A stretch of 64,000 bases of DNA from contig JAZBOO010000163.1 in assembly GCA_036351155.1 (NCBI GenBank), positions 9,821 through 73,820 of the forward strand, read 5' to 3'. The notes below the pieces were generated by a model that searched no databases, was not told the DNA's origin, and saw nothing but the letters and a program-made list of their open reading frames with translations. The stretch's first letter is position 1. The number at the start of each line of letters is the position of its first letter. Source of the DNA: Candidatus Krumholzibacteriia bacterium. Its GTDB lineage: Bacteria; Krumholzibacteriota; Krumholzibacteriia; LZORAL124-64-63. A program made the translations under genes and the position numbers. Positions 48,410-57,588 of this stretch are shown in pieces.

Positions 48410-49870
48410 TTATCTAGCCGGTGTGATGACCACGTCGATGCGCCGGTTCTTCTCGCGGCCTTCCTTGGTCTCGTTGTTCGCGATGGGGCGGGTTTCGCCA
48501 TACCCCAGCGAACTCAGGTTCTCCGCGGACAGATTCGAGTTGGCCAGAAGGTACTGAGCCACCGCACTGGCACGAGCCTGAGACAGCTTCAGGTTGGCCT
48601 CCTCGGTTCCGTAGGCATCGGTATGGCCCTCGATGGCCACCTTGGCCTGGGGATACATGGCCAGCGCCTGCTTCACCTTGGTCAAGATGGCGAAGTGGTC
48701 AGGTTCGATCTCGGTCTTCCCCGAGGCGAAGTTCATGCCGACGAGACGAATGACCACATTTCCTTCCTCACGCAGAATCCGGGCTTCCTCCCGGGTGAAC
48801 TTCTGCTCCACCTGAGCGAAGCTGCGGCGGGCCATTTCCTGGGCCTCCACCTGAGCCTGCAAGATGGCCTGTGCCTGGGAAGCTCCACCCAGCTTGGTTT
48901 CCAGCTGGGTCACCTGGCCGGTCAGGCCGGTGATGCGCGCATCACGGTCCAGCACTTCACTGCTCAGGCGGTCGACCTCGGCCTCGCCGGCCTCGATCGA
49001 CTGCACGATGGCTTCGGTCGGACGGGTGAAGCCTTCCTCGAAGCCCACCTGCAGGTCCAGGGCCCCGGCAATCCGGGTCAAGGGCTTCTCGGACTCCAGG
49101 ATGAGCTCCTCACGGGACATGACCCCATCCTCGGTCATCTTGACCAGCTTGGCCACGTGCAGGGAGTGCAGGGCCTCGTACTTGGCCTCCATGGCCAGAG
49201 AACGGGGCTTGTCGGTGTCGTACCGATTGCTGTTCAGAGCCTTCTCCGCCTCGCTGAGCAGGGACTGCGACCGCGCCAGGGTCACCGGCGCGTACTTGGC
49301 CACCTTCTCCTGCTCGGCCTTGGCCAGCAGCTTGCGGGTCTCATCGAAGAATGACGTCTTGATGGCCGCCAGCTCGGCATCCCGATATATCCGCTCACTT
49401 TCTGCACCCTTCTTGCGTGCGTCATTGACGTTGCCGTCTTCCAGCTTGCGTCCCGCCTCGGCGAACTTGGCCTCGGCTTCACGCCAGAGCAGAGGGGCCC
49501 CGTTGGCCGCATCCACCTTGACCGCGTCTTCACGCGCCTTCATGGGCACGGCCAGCGTGACCTTGGCCAGTTCGGTGCCCTTGACCGCGGAACGGAAATA
49601 CCGGGCAGCTTCTGTCAGATCCTTCCGGATGTCATCCAGGTTTTTTCCGTCGGCCAGTTTCCGCTCGGCCGAGGAGAAGGCGTCCATGGCCTTGCCCCAG
49701 CTCTTGGGCGTGAGCACGTCGGCCTGAATACTCTTGGCCTGGCTCATGAGCCCTTCGGCTTCGGCGAACAGAGTCGAACGCAGTTCTTCGGCCACGGCCG
49801 TGCCGGTGAGCAGAACAGCGACGATGAGCAGGAGGAAAATCCGGGTGATCCGGGAGCTGGGCAAATTCAT
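48410..49870 (-). CDS. Exported coiled-coil protein with C-terminal OmpA peptidoglycan-binding domain
   Basis: Signal peptide; helical repeats; FASGK, IEGHTD, NLKLSQARA, GYGETRP, NRRID. Confidence 0.9.
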   Translation of the reverse strand: MNLPSSRITRIFLLLIVAVLLTGTAVAEELRSTLFAEAEGLMSQAKSIQADVLTPKSWGKAMDAFSSAERKLADGKNLDDIRKDLTEAARYFRSAVKGTELAKVTLAVPMKAREDAVKVDAANGAPLLWREAEAKFAEAGRKLEDGNVNDARKKGAESERIYRDAELAAIKTSFFDETRKLLAKAEQEKVAKYAPVTLARSQSLLSEAEKALNSNRYDTDKPRSLAMEAKYEALHSLHVAKLVKMTEDGVMSREELILESEKPLTRIAGALDLQVGFEEGFTRPTEAIVQSIEAGEAEVDRLSSEVLDRDARITGLTGQVTQLETKLGGASQAQAILQAQVEAQEMARRSFAQVEQKFTREEARILREEGNVVIRLVGMNFASGKTEIEPDHFAILTKVKQALAMYPQAKVAIEGHTDAYGTEEANLKLSQARASAVAQYLLANSNLSAENLSSLGYGETRPIANNETKEGREKNRRIDVVITPAR

Positions 49871-50117
49871 TTCAATCCCCTATTTCTGGAGAGTTTGGCC
49901 GGCCAAAAATGGCCGAACACTATCCTGGCTCCAGTACCAGAAGTTGCGGGTTGATACCTTCAAGTCGGGATCTTGGCAAGGTATTTTTTGACCCGTGGAT
50001 CTTGGGTTTTATCTCCCGATTATCAGGGTCCAACTTCCCAAGCTCGCAGTTTTGGTGTAACCTTGGGCCCGGTCAGACTTTCGCCCTTTTCCCAGTTCAG
50101 ATTGTTCGGGAGCCAGC

Positions 50118-51263
50118 ATGAATTTCGATTTCAACGAAAACCAGAATATGTTCCGCGACATGGTCCGTGATTTTGCCCGTCAGGAAATCGCGCCCATCGC
50201 CCAGCAGATGGATGAAGAGGCGGCCATGCCCGACTCCCTGGTCGAGAAAATGGCCGCCAACGGCTTCTTCGGCTTGACCTTTCCCGAGCAATACGGCGGC
50301 CTGGGGGTGGACACGGTGACCTACGCGCTGGTGATCGAGGAACTGAGCAAGGCCTCGGCCGGAGTCAGCGTCATGTTGACGGTGCACAACAGCGTGGGCT
50401 CGTATCCGCTGGCCATGTACGGCAGCGAGGAAGCCAAGCAGGAGTTCCTGCCCCGGATGGCCGCGGGCGAGGTGGCGGCCTTCTGCATCACAGAGCCCGG
50501 TGCCGGGAGCGACGCGGCCTCCCTGTCCAGCACGGCCCGGCGGGACGGCGATCATTACGTACTCAACGGTGAGAAAATTTACGTGACCAATGGGGCGCGC
50601 GCGGCCTTCTACGTGGTCATGGCCCGCACGCCGGGAACCAGGGGGCACAAGGATATCCACGCCTTCATCGTTCCCAAGGACACGGCAGGTCTCAGCGTGG
50701 CCAAGAAGGAAGACAAGATGGGCCTGAGGGCCAGCGACACCGTGTCCATCAACCTGGACGAGGTGCGGATCCCTGCGCGCAACCTGCTGGGGCAGGAGGG
50801 CGAGGGCTTCAAGATCGCCATGAGCGCCCTGGACGGAGGGCGCATCGGCATTGCCTTCCAGGCCCTGGGCATCGGCTATGCCTGTCTGGAAGAGAGTATC
50901 AAGTACGCCAGCGTGCGCGAACAGTTCGGCAAGCCCATCGCCAGGCAGCCGGTGATTGCCCACAAGATCGCCAACATGGGGACCGAGCTGGATGCGGCAC
51001 GGCTGCTGGGGTTTCATGCCGCCTGGTTGAAGGATTCGGGCCGGCCTCACACCAAGCAGGCGGCCATGGCCAAGGTGGCGGCCACCGAGGCGGCCTGGCG
51101 GGCAGCGGACGAGGCGGTTCAGATTCACGGTGGCTACGGCTACTGCAAGGAATACGCCGTCGAGCGCTACTATCGCGATGTCAGGGTCACTCGTATCTAC
51201 GAGGGGACCAGCGAAATCCAGCGGCTGGTGATCGGACGGCAGCTGATGGATGAGTATCTCTAG
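50118..51263 (+). CDS. Acyl-CoA dehydrogenase
   Basis: ITEPGAGSDA, KMGLRAS, LDGGRIG, HGGYGY, IYEGTSEIQ. Confidence 0.93.
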   Translation: MNFDFNENQNMFRDMVRDFARQEIAPIAQQMDEEAAMPDSLVEKMAANGFFGLTFPEQYGGLGVDTVTYALVIEELSKASAGVSVMLTVHNSVGSYPLAMYGSEEAKQEFLPRMAAGEVAAFCITEPGAGSDAASLSSTARRDGDHYVLNGEKIYVTNGARAAFYVVMARTPGTRGHKDIHAFIVPKDTAGLSVAKKEDKMGLRASDTVSINLDEVRIPARNLLGQEGEGFKIAMSALDGGRIGIAFQALGIGYACLEESIKYASVREQFGKPIARQPVIAHKIANMGTELDAARLLGFHAAWLKDSGRPHTKQAAMAKVAATEAAWRAADEAVQIHGGYGYCKEYAVERYYRDVRVTRIYEGTSEIQRLVIGRQLMDEYL

Positions 51264-51676
51264 ATGAGGTTGACCCGGAAGATCTGCCACACCCAGGCAC
51301 CCACGAAGAGAACGGCCGCCAGGATCCTGGCGGCCTTTTTTTCACCGGATGTGAGGTGCAAGCCGCGGCGCAGTCCGGGAATCACGGTGGCCGCCGCGCA
51401 ATAGACTGCCCACACCCCGAAAACCACCAGGCCCACGGCCACCACCGGATTGGCCAGGAAGGCGTCGAGCCAGCGGCCGGCGGCCAGGCTGGCGGCCGAG
51501 TGGGTGCCGCCGCAGGTGGGACACGGCACTCCGGTGATGTCACGCAGGGGACAGTGGGACAGGCCGAAAACCAGCTGGGGGTAAAGGCGCGAGGCGATGA
51601 GCCCGCCGATCAAAAAAAGCAGGATGGGCAAGGCCACCAGGCGGGCCACGGGGGATCGTTCAGGCACCAGGCGCAC
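51260..51676 (-). CDS. DUF2752-like membrane protein
   Basis: CPLRDITGVPCPTCGGT motif, then ANP and TM helices. Confidence 0.82.
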   Translation of the reverse strand: MRLVPERSPVARLVALPILLFLIGGLIASRLYPQLVFGLSHCPLRDITGVPCPTCGGTHSAASLAAGRWLDAFLANPVVAVGLVVFGVWAVYCAAATVIPGLRRGLHLTSGEKKAARILAAVLFVGAWVWQIFRVNLI

Positions 51677-51686
51677 TGCGGTGCCC

Positions 51687-52370
51687 TCAGTTCAGGCCGG
51701 CGACCAGGGCCACCACGCTGCCGCCGATGGTCGCCAGGCAGATGATCGTGGGCAACAGGATGGCCAGCACAGCTTTCCAGGGCTCGATCTCGTGGATGCT
51801 GTACAGCCCGACCACCATGACCACCAGGCTCCAGATCAGGGCCAGGAAGGCACCGCACCCGGGAATCATGAGCAGCAGGGCCGTGGCTTCGCTGTAGGCC
51901 GCCACCCGGAAGGTGGCCTCGAAACCCAGGCGATTCCCACCCAGGAGAATGAGCATGAGATGGGTCAATCCCGCCTGGAAAAACAGTCCCACCGAAACGG
52001 TGATGGGGCTGAACAGAAAGTTGAAGAAGCTGAAGATGGGGGCCTTCATGACCTCGGACAGGTCGTCCGAGATGAAGATCTGCAAGGAGCTGCCCATCAG
52101 GGCATACATCCACTGAAAAAACGTGGCCAGCAGGCCCAGGAGGATGGCGAAGAACAGGGGCTGGCCCAGTCCAACCTGGCTGGGCATGCGGTGGAAGAAC
52201 TGACCGGGGGACAGGAGGACATCCTTGCAGGTCAGATACAGGGAGTTGAGAAATCCGAAGCGTTCCCGCCGTTCCCAGGGGGGGAGTTCCAGTCCTTCGG
52301 TGGCGGAACTGCCAAAGTGATCCTGGTAGCCGGGGTCGTCTGGTCCGTTGCCGTAGGGGCCGTCGTTCAC
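51687..52370 (-). CDS. Yip1-domain membrane protein
   Basis: PWE, VLLSPGQFF, FEATFRVAAYS, about 5 TMs. Confidence 0.8.
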   Translation of the reverse strand: MNDGPYGNGPDDPGYQDHFGSSATEGLELPPWERRERFGFLNSLYLTCKDVLLSPGQFFHRMPSQVGLGQPLFFAILLGLLATFFQWMYALMGSSLQIFISDDLSEVMKAPIFSFFNFLFSPITVSVGLFFQAGLTHLMLILLGGNRLGFEATFRVAAYSEATALLLMIPGCGAFLALIWSLVVMVVGLYSIHEIEPWKAVLAILLPTIICLATIGGSVVALVAGLN

Positions 52371-52505
52371 GTTCTTCTCCGATGGTGGCGAGCATTCCCG
52401 GTCCTGCTCCGGGTATCCTGGGTGCAGGCACTACGTTGCCCACACACAAAACGTTGCAAAAGGGGCCCGGAAAACGTTCCGGACCCGACAAGATTGCCAC
52501 ATTTT

Positions 52506-53087
52506 CTAGCGGCGGTAAAGGCTCTTCACTCCATCCCAGCTGCGGTCTTCATCCTCGAAATCGCACTGACCGTTGATCAGGTAGGGGTAGGGGCGGTACT
52601 GGCTGTGCAGAGCGGTGGCCATCAGTTCGCCATCGGCCAGCAGCACCGCCGGATAGTCCGGGTCCACCGAGCTGGGCTGGGTTCCCCGCAAGGCGAAATA
52701 AGTGGGGCTGTCGACGGTGCCCAGGTAGAGCATGGTCAGTGTCATCAGCACGGTGGCTTCGCGGGTGTAAGTGGGCGTGCCGAATCCCACCACGAAATCG
52801 TTGCCGCTGCCCACGTTCAGGGCCTGATCGTTGTGGATCTGCTGCCCCACCAGGACCAGGTTGCTGCCGTAGTCCAGGCCCACCTCGAAGCCAAACAGCT
52901 CACCGAAGGTGGGGCGAGTCAGGATGATGTACACAGGAAGCTGGGTGTTCATGCCCACTCCCTCGAGGCAGTCGAGATCGGCCGACTCGTCAAAATAGGG
53001 GCCGATGACATTATCCTGAGGATTGACAACGGCCAGGGCGGGAAGCGCCCAGAACAGGCAGGCGGCGAACAAGAGCAACAGTTTCAT
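52506..53087 (-). CDS. Secreted hypothetical beta-rich protein with C-terminal SWDGVKSLYRR
   Basis: Signal peptide MKLLLLFAACLFWALPALA from ATG 53087. Confidence 0.8.
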   Translation of the reverse strand: MKLLLLFAACLFWALPALAVVNPQDNVIGPYFDESADLDCLEGVGMNTQLPVYIILTRPTFGELFGFEVGLDYGSNLVLVGQQIHNDQALNVGSGNDFVVGFGTPTYTREATVLMTLTMLYLGTVDSPTYFALRGTQPSSVDPDYPAVLLADGELMATALHSQYRPYPYLINGQCDFEDEDRSWDGVKSLYRR

Positions 53088-53228
53088 GACGGGACCCCAT
53101 TTTTCATGACCGAAATATCGGGCTTGAGCGAGCGAATAGGGGATGTTTTGGCAGCTCATGCGTCCTGCAGGGTGTCCCGGGCGGCTGATTCTCTGAAGAT
53201 AAGGAAAACAGCCGATCAAAACCACAGC

Positions 53229-54500
53229 TCAGTACTGGAGCTGGTCTTTTTCCCCCTCCCTGGCTGCGATCACCACGGCGCCGCAGCTGTCGCTCCAGAC
53301 ATTCACCGCGGTTCGGCACATGTCCAGGATGGGGTCGATGGCCAGGATCAAGGCGATGCCTTCCAGGGGCAGACCCACCGCATCGAGGATGATGGAGATC
53401 ATGACCAGCCCCGCCGCGGGAATGCCCGCCGCCCCGATGCTGGCCAGCAGGGCCGTCAACACCACCAGGAACTGGGCGCCCACTCCCAGCTCAACGCCGT
53501 AAGCCTGGGCGATGAACAGGGCGGCCACACATTCGTACAGTGCCGTGCCGTCCATGTTGACCGTCGCGCCCAGCGGCAGCACGAAGCTGGTCACACGGTT
53601 GCTCACGCCGGCCCCGTTCTCCACGCGGTCCATGGTCAGGGGCAGGGTGGCTGAACTGCTGCGGGTGGAAAAGGCCGTCAGCAGGGCGGGCAGCATGTTC
53701 TGGGCGTGCTTGAGAGGACTCAAACCCCCGATGAGTCGGACCAGGAGGGGAAGCACGATGGCGGCATGAATGACCAGGGCGATCAAAACCGTCAGGCCAT
53801 ACTTGGCCAGTGGGGCGAAGGCGGCAAAACCGCTGCTGGCCGTGATCTTGGCCATGAGGCCAAAAATACCCACCGGAGCGGTGGCGATGACCCAGCCGGT
53901 GATCTTCATCATCACCGCAAACAGGGATTCCCAGAACCGAGCCTGGGGGACGGCCAGCTCCTCTGTCAGCTTGGTGATGCCGATCCCGAACAGCAGGCAG
54001 AAGAAGATCAACGGCAGCATCTGTCCATCGGCGGCCGCCGCCACGGGGTTGGAGGGCACCATGCGCTGGATGATCCCCACCAGATCGCCGGTCCCTTTGC
54101 CTTCCAGCTGGGCGGCCAGTTCCGGCGGCGGAGCCTGCAGGCCCATGCGCTCACCCACAGCTTCCCCGCCGATGATTCCCGGCTGGATGAGGTTGACCAG
54201 GATCAACCCGGTGATGATGGCCAGCAGGCTCGTGGTCAGGTACCAGCCGAAGGTGCGCCCGAAGAGACGGCCCAGTCCCCGGCTGGCGCCCACGCTGGCC
54301 ACGCCGGAAATGATCGACCCCATGATCAACGGGACGATGACCATGCGCAACGCCCGGAGGAAAAGGGTGCCCAGGAAATCGAACAGGGCATAGGGGCGGA
54401 AGGCTCCGATGCTGAAATCTTCCGGGAACAGGAGCCCCGCTCCGACTCCGAGTACCAGGGCGATCAGGATCTGCCAGTGGAGATTGCTTTTCCGGTGCAT
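53229..54500 (-). CDS. Dicarboxylate/amino acid:cation symporter (DAACS, GltP-like)
   Basis: AFSTRSSSATLP, LGATVNMDGT, SIGAAGIP, DMCRTAVNV. Confidence 0.93.
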   Translation of the reverse strand: MHRKSNLHWQILIALVLGVGAGLLFPEDFSIGAFRPYALFDFLGTLFLRALRMVIVPLIMGSIISGVASVGASRGLGRLFGRTFGWYLTTSLLAIITGLILVNLIQPGIIGGEAVGERMGLQAPPPELAAQLEGKGTGDLVGIIQRMVPSNPVAAAADGQMLPLIFFCLLFGIGITKLTEELAVPQARFWESLFAVMMKITGWVIATAPVGIFGLMAKITASSGFAAFAPLAKYGLTVLIALVIHAAIVLPLLVRLIGGLSPLKHAQNMLPALLTAFSTRSSSATLPLTMDRVENGAGVSNRVTSFVLPLGATVNMDGTALYECVAALFIAQAYGVELGVGAQFLVVLTALLASIGAAGIPAAGLVMISIILDAVGLPLEGIALILAIDPILDMCRTAVNVWSDSCGAVVIAAREGEKDQLQY

Positions 54501-54725
54501 GGACTTTCCCAGGATGGGGTGGAATCAAGGATCGGAAGACTGATCGGGCACGGAGATGTGGTCGACCTGGCGCACCTCCTGCAAGCTGACAGCATTCTAC
54601 GGGATCCGGCCGGGGGCGTCAAAGGTGGGAAGCGGATCATTGCAATATGAAGGCATGGTGATAGACTGTGCGGAAATCAGCGATACCCGGAGATCATATT
54701 ACCTGCCCCAAAGGAGCCCGCACTC

Positions 54726-56216
54726 ATGCAGTGGAGCGTCAACAGCACCCCCAGCGCAGCCACCCCGGCTGACTTGCTCGTGTTTCCCGTGTTTCAGAAA
54801 AACGACAAGCCGGAAGTGAAGGGCCTGCCCGCGGCCGACATGAAGAAGGCGGTGGCTTCCTCGGGGTTCACGGCCAAGTCGGAATCCTTCCTCCCGTTGC
54901 ACAGTGCCGCCGTCAAGGCGGGCTGGGTGCTGCTGGCGGGCGCCGGCAAAGCCGAGGAGCTGGGACTGGACAAGGTGCGCCGGATTGCGGGCCTGGCCGC
55001 TCGCAAAGCTCAGGAAATGGATGCGGCGCGGGTTCTGGTGGTGGTGCCGGAAGCCAAGCTGCTGGGATTCGACGACCAGACCTTCGCCCGCTGCTGGACC
55101 GAAGGAGCCGAAATGGCCCTTTCGCCCACGGGAATCCTCAAAACCGACCAGGCCAAGGGCCCGGGCAAGCCCAGAAGCTGGAAATTCCTTGCCGACAGCA
55201 AGCGTGCGACGGCCCTCCGGAAAGGTGTCAAGGAGGGCGAAGCCCTGGCGGCCGGGTGCCTGTTTGCCCGTGGTTTGGTGAACGAGCCCCCCAATATTCT
55301 GACGCCCAGCGCCATGGCCAGCCGCGCCCGGACCATGGCCAAGGCCGAAGGTCTGGCCATCAAGGTGTTGAACGTGGCCCAGATGAAGAAGCTCAACATG
55401 GGCGGTATCCTGGGGGTGGGGCAAGGGAGCACCAATCCGCCCTGCCTGATCGAACTCACCTACAAGGCTCCCGGCCGTGCCAGGCGGCCTCATGTGGCCC
55501 TGGTGGGCAAGGGTGTGACCTTTGACACCGGCGGCATCAGCCTCAAACCCGGTCTGGGCATGGACCTCATGAAGAGCGACATGGGCGGGGCGGCGGCGGT
55601 GCTGGGCGCGGCGCTCATCGTGGCCCGGCTGAAGCTGCCGGTGGACTTGACGGTGCTGGTGCCGGCGGCGGAAAACATGCCCGACGGCAACGCTGTGCGC
55701 CCGGCCGATGTCATCACCATGGCCAGCGGCAAGACCGTGGAAATCCTGAACACCGATGCCGAGGGACGCCTGATCCTGGCCGATGCCCTGTGGTACGCGG
55801 GCAAGAAGAATCCCGACTTCGTCATGGATGCAGCCACCTTGACCGGTGCCTGCGTGGTGGCCCTGGGCAAGCACTTCGCCGGGCTGATGGGCAACAGCGG
55901 CGAGCTGATCGACACCCTGAAGCAGGCCGGGGGCGAGACCTTCGAACGGGTCTGGCACCTGCCCCTGGTGGATGAGCACAAGGAGATCATGAAGGGTACC
56001 TGGAGCGATCTGATGAACATCGGCGGTGGCCGCGAAGGAGGGGCGCTCACGGCGGCGGCCTTCCTGGCCGCCTTCGTGGACGAGGAAACACCCTGGGTGC
56101 ATATCGACATCGCCGGCCCCAGCTATGCCGAGGCCCCGTCTCCGACCTGTCCCAAGGGAGGAACGGGTTTCGGGGCGCGGTTGATGGCACGGGCCGTTCA
56201 GATCCTTGCCGGCTGA
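54726..56216 (+). CDS. pepA: Leucyl aminopeptidase (M17)
   Basis: VGKGVTFDTGG, MKSDMGG, NTDAEGRL, ATLTGA, HIDIAG. Confidence 0.95.
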   Translation: MQWSVNSTPSAATPADLLVFPVFQKNDKPEVKGLPAADMKKAVASSGFTAKSESFLPLHSAAVKAGWVLLAGAGKAEELGLDKVRRIAGLAARKAQEMDAARVLVVVPEAKLLGFDDQTFARCWTEGAEMALSPTGILKTDQAKGPGKPRSWKFLADSKRATALRKGVKEGEALAAGCLFARGLVNEPPNILTPSAMASRARTMAKAEGLAIKVLNVAQMKKLNMGGILGVGQGSTNPPCLIELTYKAPGRARRPHVALVGKGVTFDTGGISLKPGLGMDLMKSDMGGAAAVLGAALIVARLKLPVDLTVLVPAAENMPDGNAVRPADVITMASGKTVEILNTDAEGRLILADALWYAGKKNPDFVMDAATLTGACVVALGKHFAGLMGNSGELIDTLKQAGGETFERVWHLPLVDEHKEIMKGTWSDLMNIGGGREGGALTAAAFLAAFVDEETPWVHIDIAGPSYAEAPSPTCPKGGTGFGARLMARAVQILAG

Positions 56217-57588
56217 CGCGACCCTCGGTAATACGGACGAGCGCCTGGGCCAGGTGTCCAGGCGCCAACTGGCCGCCATCCTGACCACTCTGGCCACCCC
56301 GGTGGTGCTGGCCAATATCTCCCAGACCTTGATGGGGCTCGTGGACACCCTGATGGTGGGTCGACTGGGCGCCGCCCCGCTGGCTGCGGTGGGGGTGGCC
56401 ACCCTGCTCTTCTCCGCCCTGGCCATGAGTCTGAAGAACGCCGATGTGGCGGCCCAGGTGATCACCGCACGCCGGGTGGGACAGGGGCGAGACCACGAGG
56501 TGGGTGCCGTACTGGCCACGGCCATCGCCGTGGTCACCGCCGTCGGCATGTTCTTGATGCTGGTGGGACTGCTGTGGCCGGATTTTCTGATGCGCCTGAT
56601 CAGCACCGACCTGGAAGTCCGCCGCCTGGGGGTGACCTACCTGCGCTTCCGCTATGCCGGGATGCTGCCGCTGCTGGTCTTTTTCATCGTCAAGGCCGTG
56701 TTCGATGGGATTGGCTGGACCCGGATCGGCATGAGCGTGGGCATGGGCATGAACCTGGTGAACGTGGGGCTGAACTACGTCCTGATCTTCGGCAAGCTGG
56801 GGCTGCCGGCCATGGGCGTGGCCGGAGCGGCCCTGGCCAGCACCCTGAGCGCAACCCTGGCCGCGGTGGTCATCCTGGTTTTCATGCTGCGCTCATCGGT
56901 CCGGAAGAGGTTCAGGGTATTGTGTCGCACCAATTTTCACACCGACCTGATCAAGCCCTTCATTCAGCTGGGATGGCCCCCGGCTGTGCAGGCCCTGGGC
57001 AATATTGTGGCCCTTCTGTTGTTCTTCTTGATCCTGGGCAAAATATCCGTGCTGGCCGTGGCCGCCGGCAACGTGGTGATGCGGATCATGGCCCTGTCTT
57101 TCATGCCCGGCTTCGGGGTCAGCACCGCCGTACAAACCCTGGTCAGCCAGAGCCTGGGGCGCCGCGATGTCCGGGGCGCCCGCCGCGCCACCTGGGGTGG
57201 CGTGGGGCTGGCCGTGCTGTTCATGGGCGCTTTCGGGCTGGCCTTTGTGCTGGTGCCGGGTTTCTTTCTCCGTCTGTTTACGACCAGCGGTGAAATTGTC
57301 ACCGCCGGGATCCCGGCCCTGAGGGTGCTGGGGCTGGTGCAGGTCATCGATGCGGTGGGTATCACACTGGCCGGGGCCCTGCGAGGAGCCGGGGCCACGC
57401 GCACGGTCATGCTGGTGGATATCATCGCGGGGTTCGGCCTTTTGCCTCCGTTGACTTATCTTTTCGGGGTCGTGTTCGAAGGCGGGCTGCTGGGCGCCTT
57501 TCTTGCCATGTTGACCTGGTTCACCCTGTACGCCGTGGGGATGGCCGGTCTGTATTTTCGCGGCCACTGGGAGAGGTTGGAAGTTTGA
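56206..57588 (+). CDS. MATE family efflux transporter
   Basis: VDTLMVGRLG, LNYVLIFG..G.P.MGVAGAA, GALRGAG; about 12 TMs. Confidence 0.92.
   Translation: MPADATLGNTDERLGQVSRRQLAAILTTLATPVVLANISQTLMGLVDTLMVGRLGAAPLAAVGVATLLFSALAMSLKNADVAAQVITARRVGQGRDHEVGAVLATAIAVVTAVGMFLMLVGLLWPDFLMRLISTDLEVRRLGVTYLRFRYAGMLPLLVFFIVKAVFDGIGWTRIGMSVGMGMNLVNVGLNYVLIFGKLGLPAMGVAGAALASTLSATLAAVVILVFMLRSSVRKRFRVLCRTNFHTDLIKPFIQLGWPPAVQALGNIVALLLFFLILGKISVLAVAAGNVVMRIMALSFMPGFGVSTAVQTLVSQSLGRRDVRGARRATWGGVGLAVLFMGAFGLAFVLVPGFFLRLFTTSGEIVTAGIPALRVLGLVQVIDAVGITLAGALRGAGATRTVMLVDIIAGFGLLPPLTYLFGVVFEGGLLGAFLAMLTWFTLYAVGMAGLYFRGHWERLEV

Noticed and set aside
38740..50840. Recurrent DNA words such as AAGGAAGACAAG and CTGGACGG.GG.CGCAT
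   Set aside because: Conserved coding motifs of the three acyl-CoA dehydrogenase paralogs, not CRISPR repeats or mobile elements.
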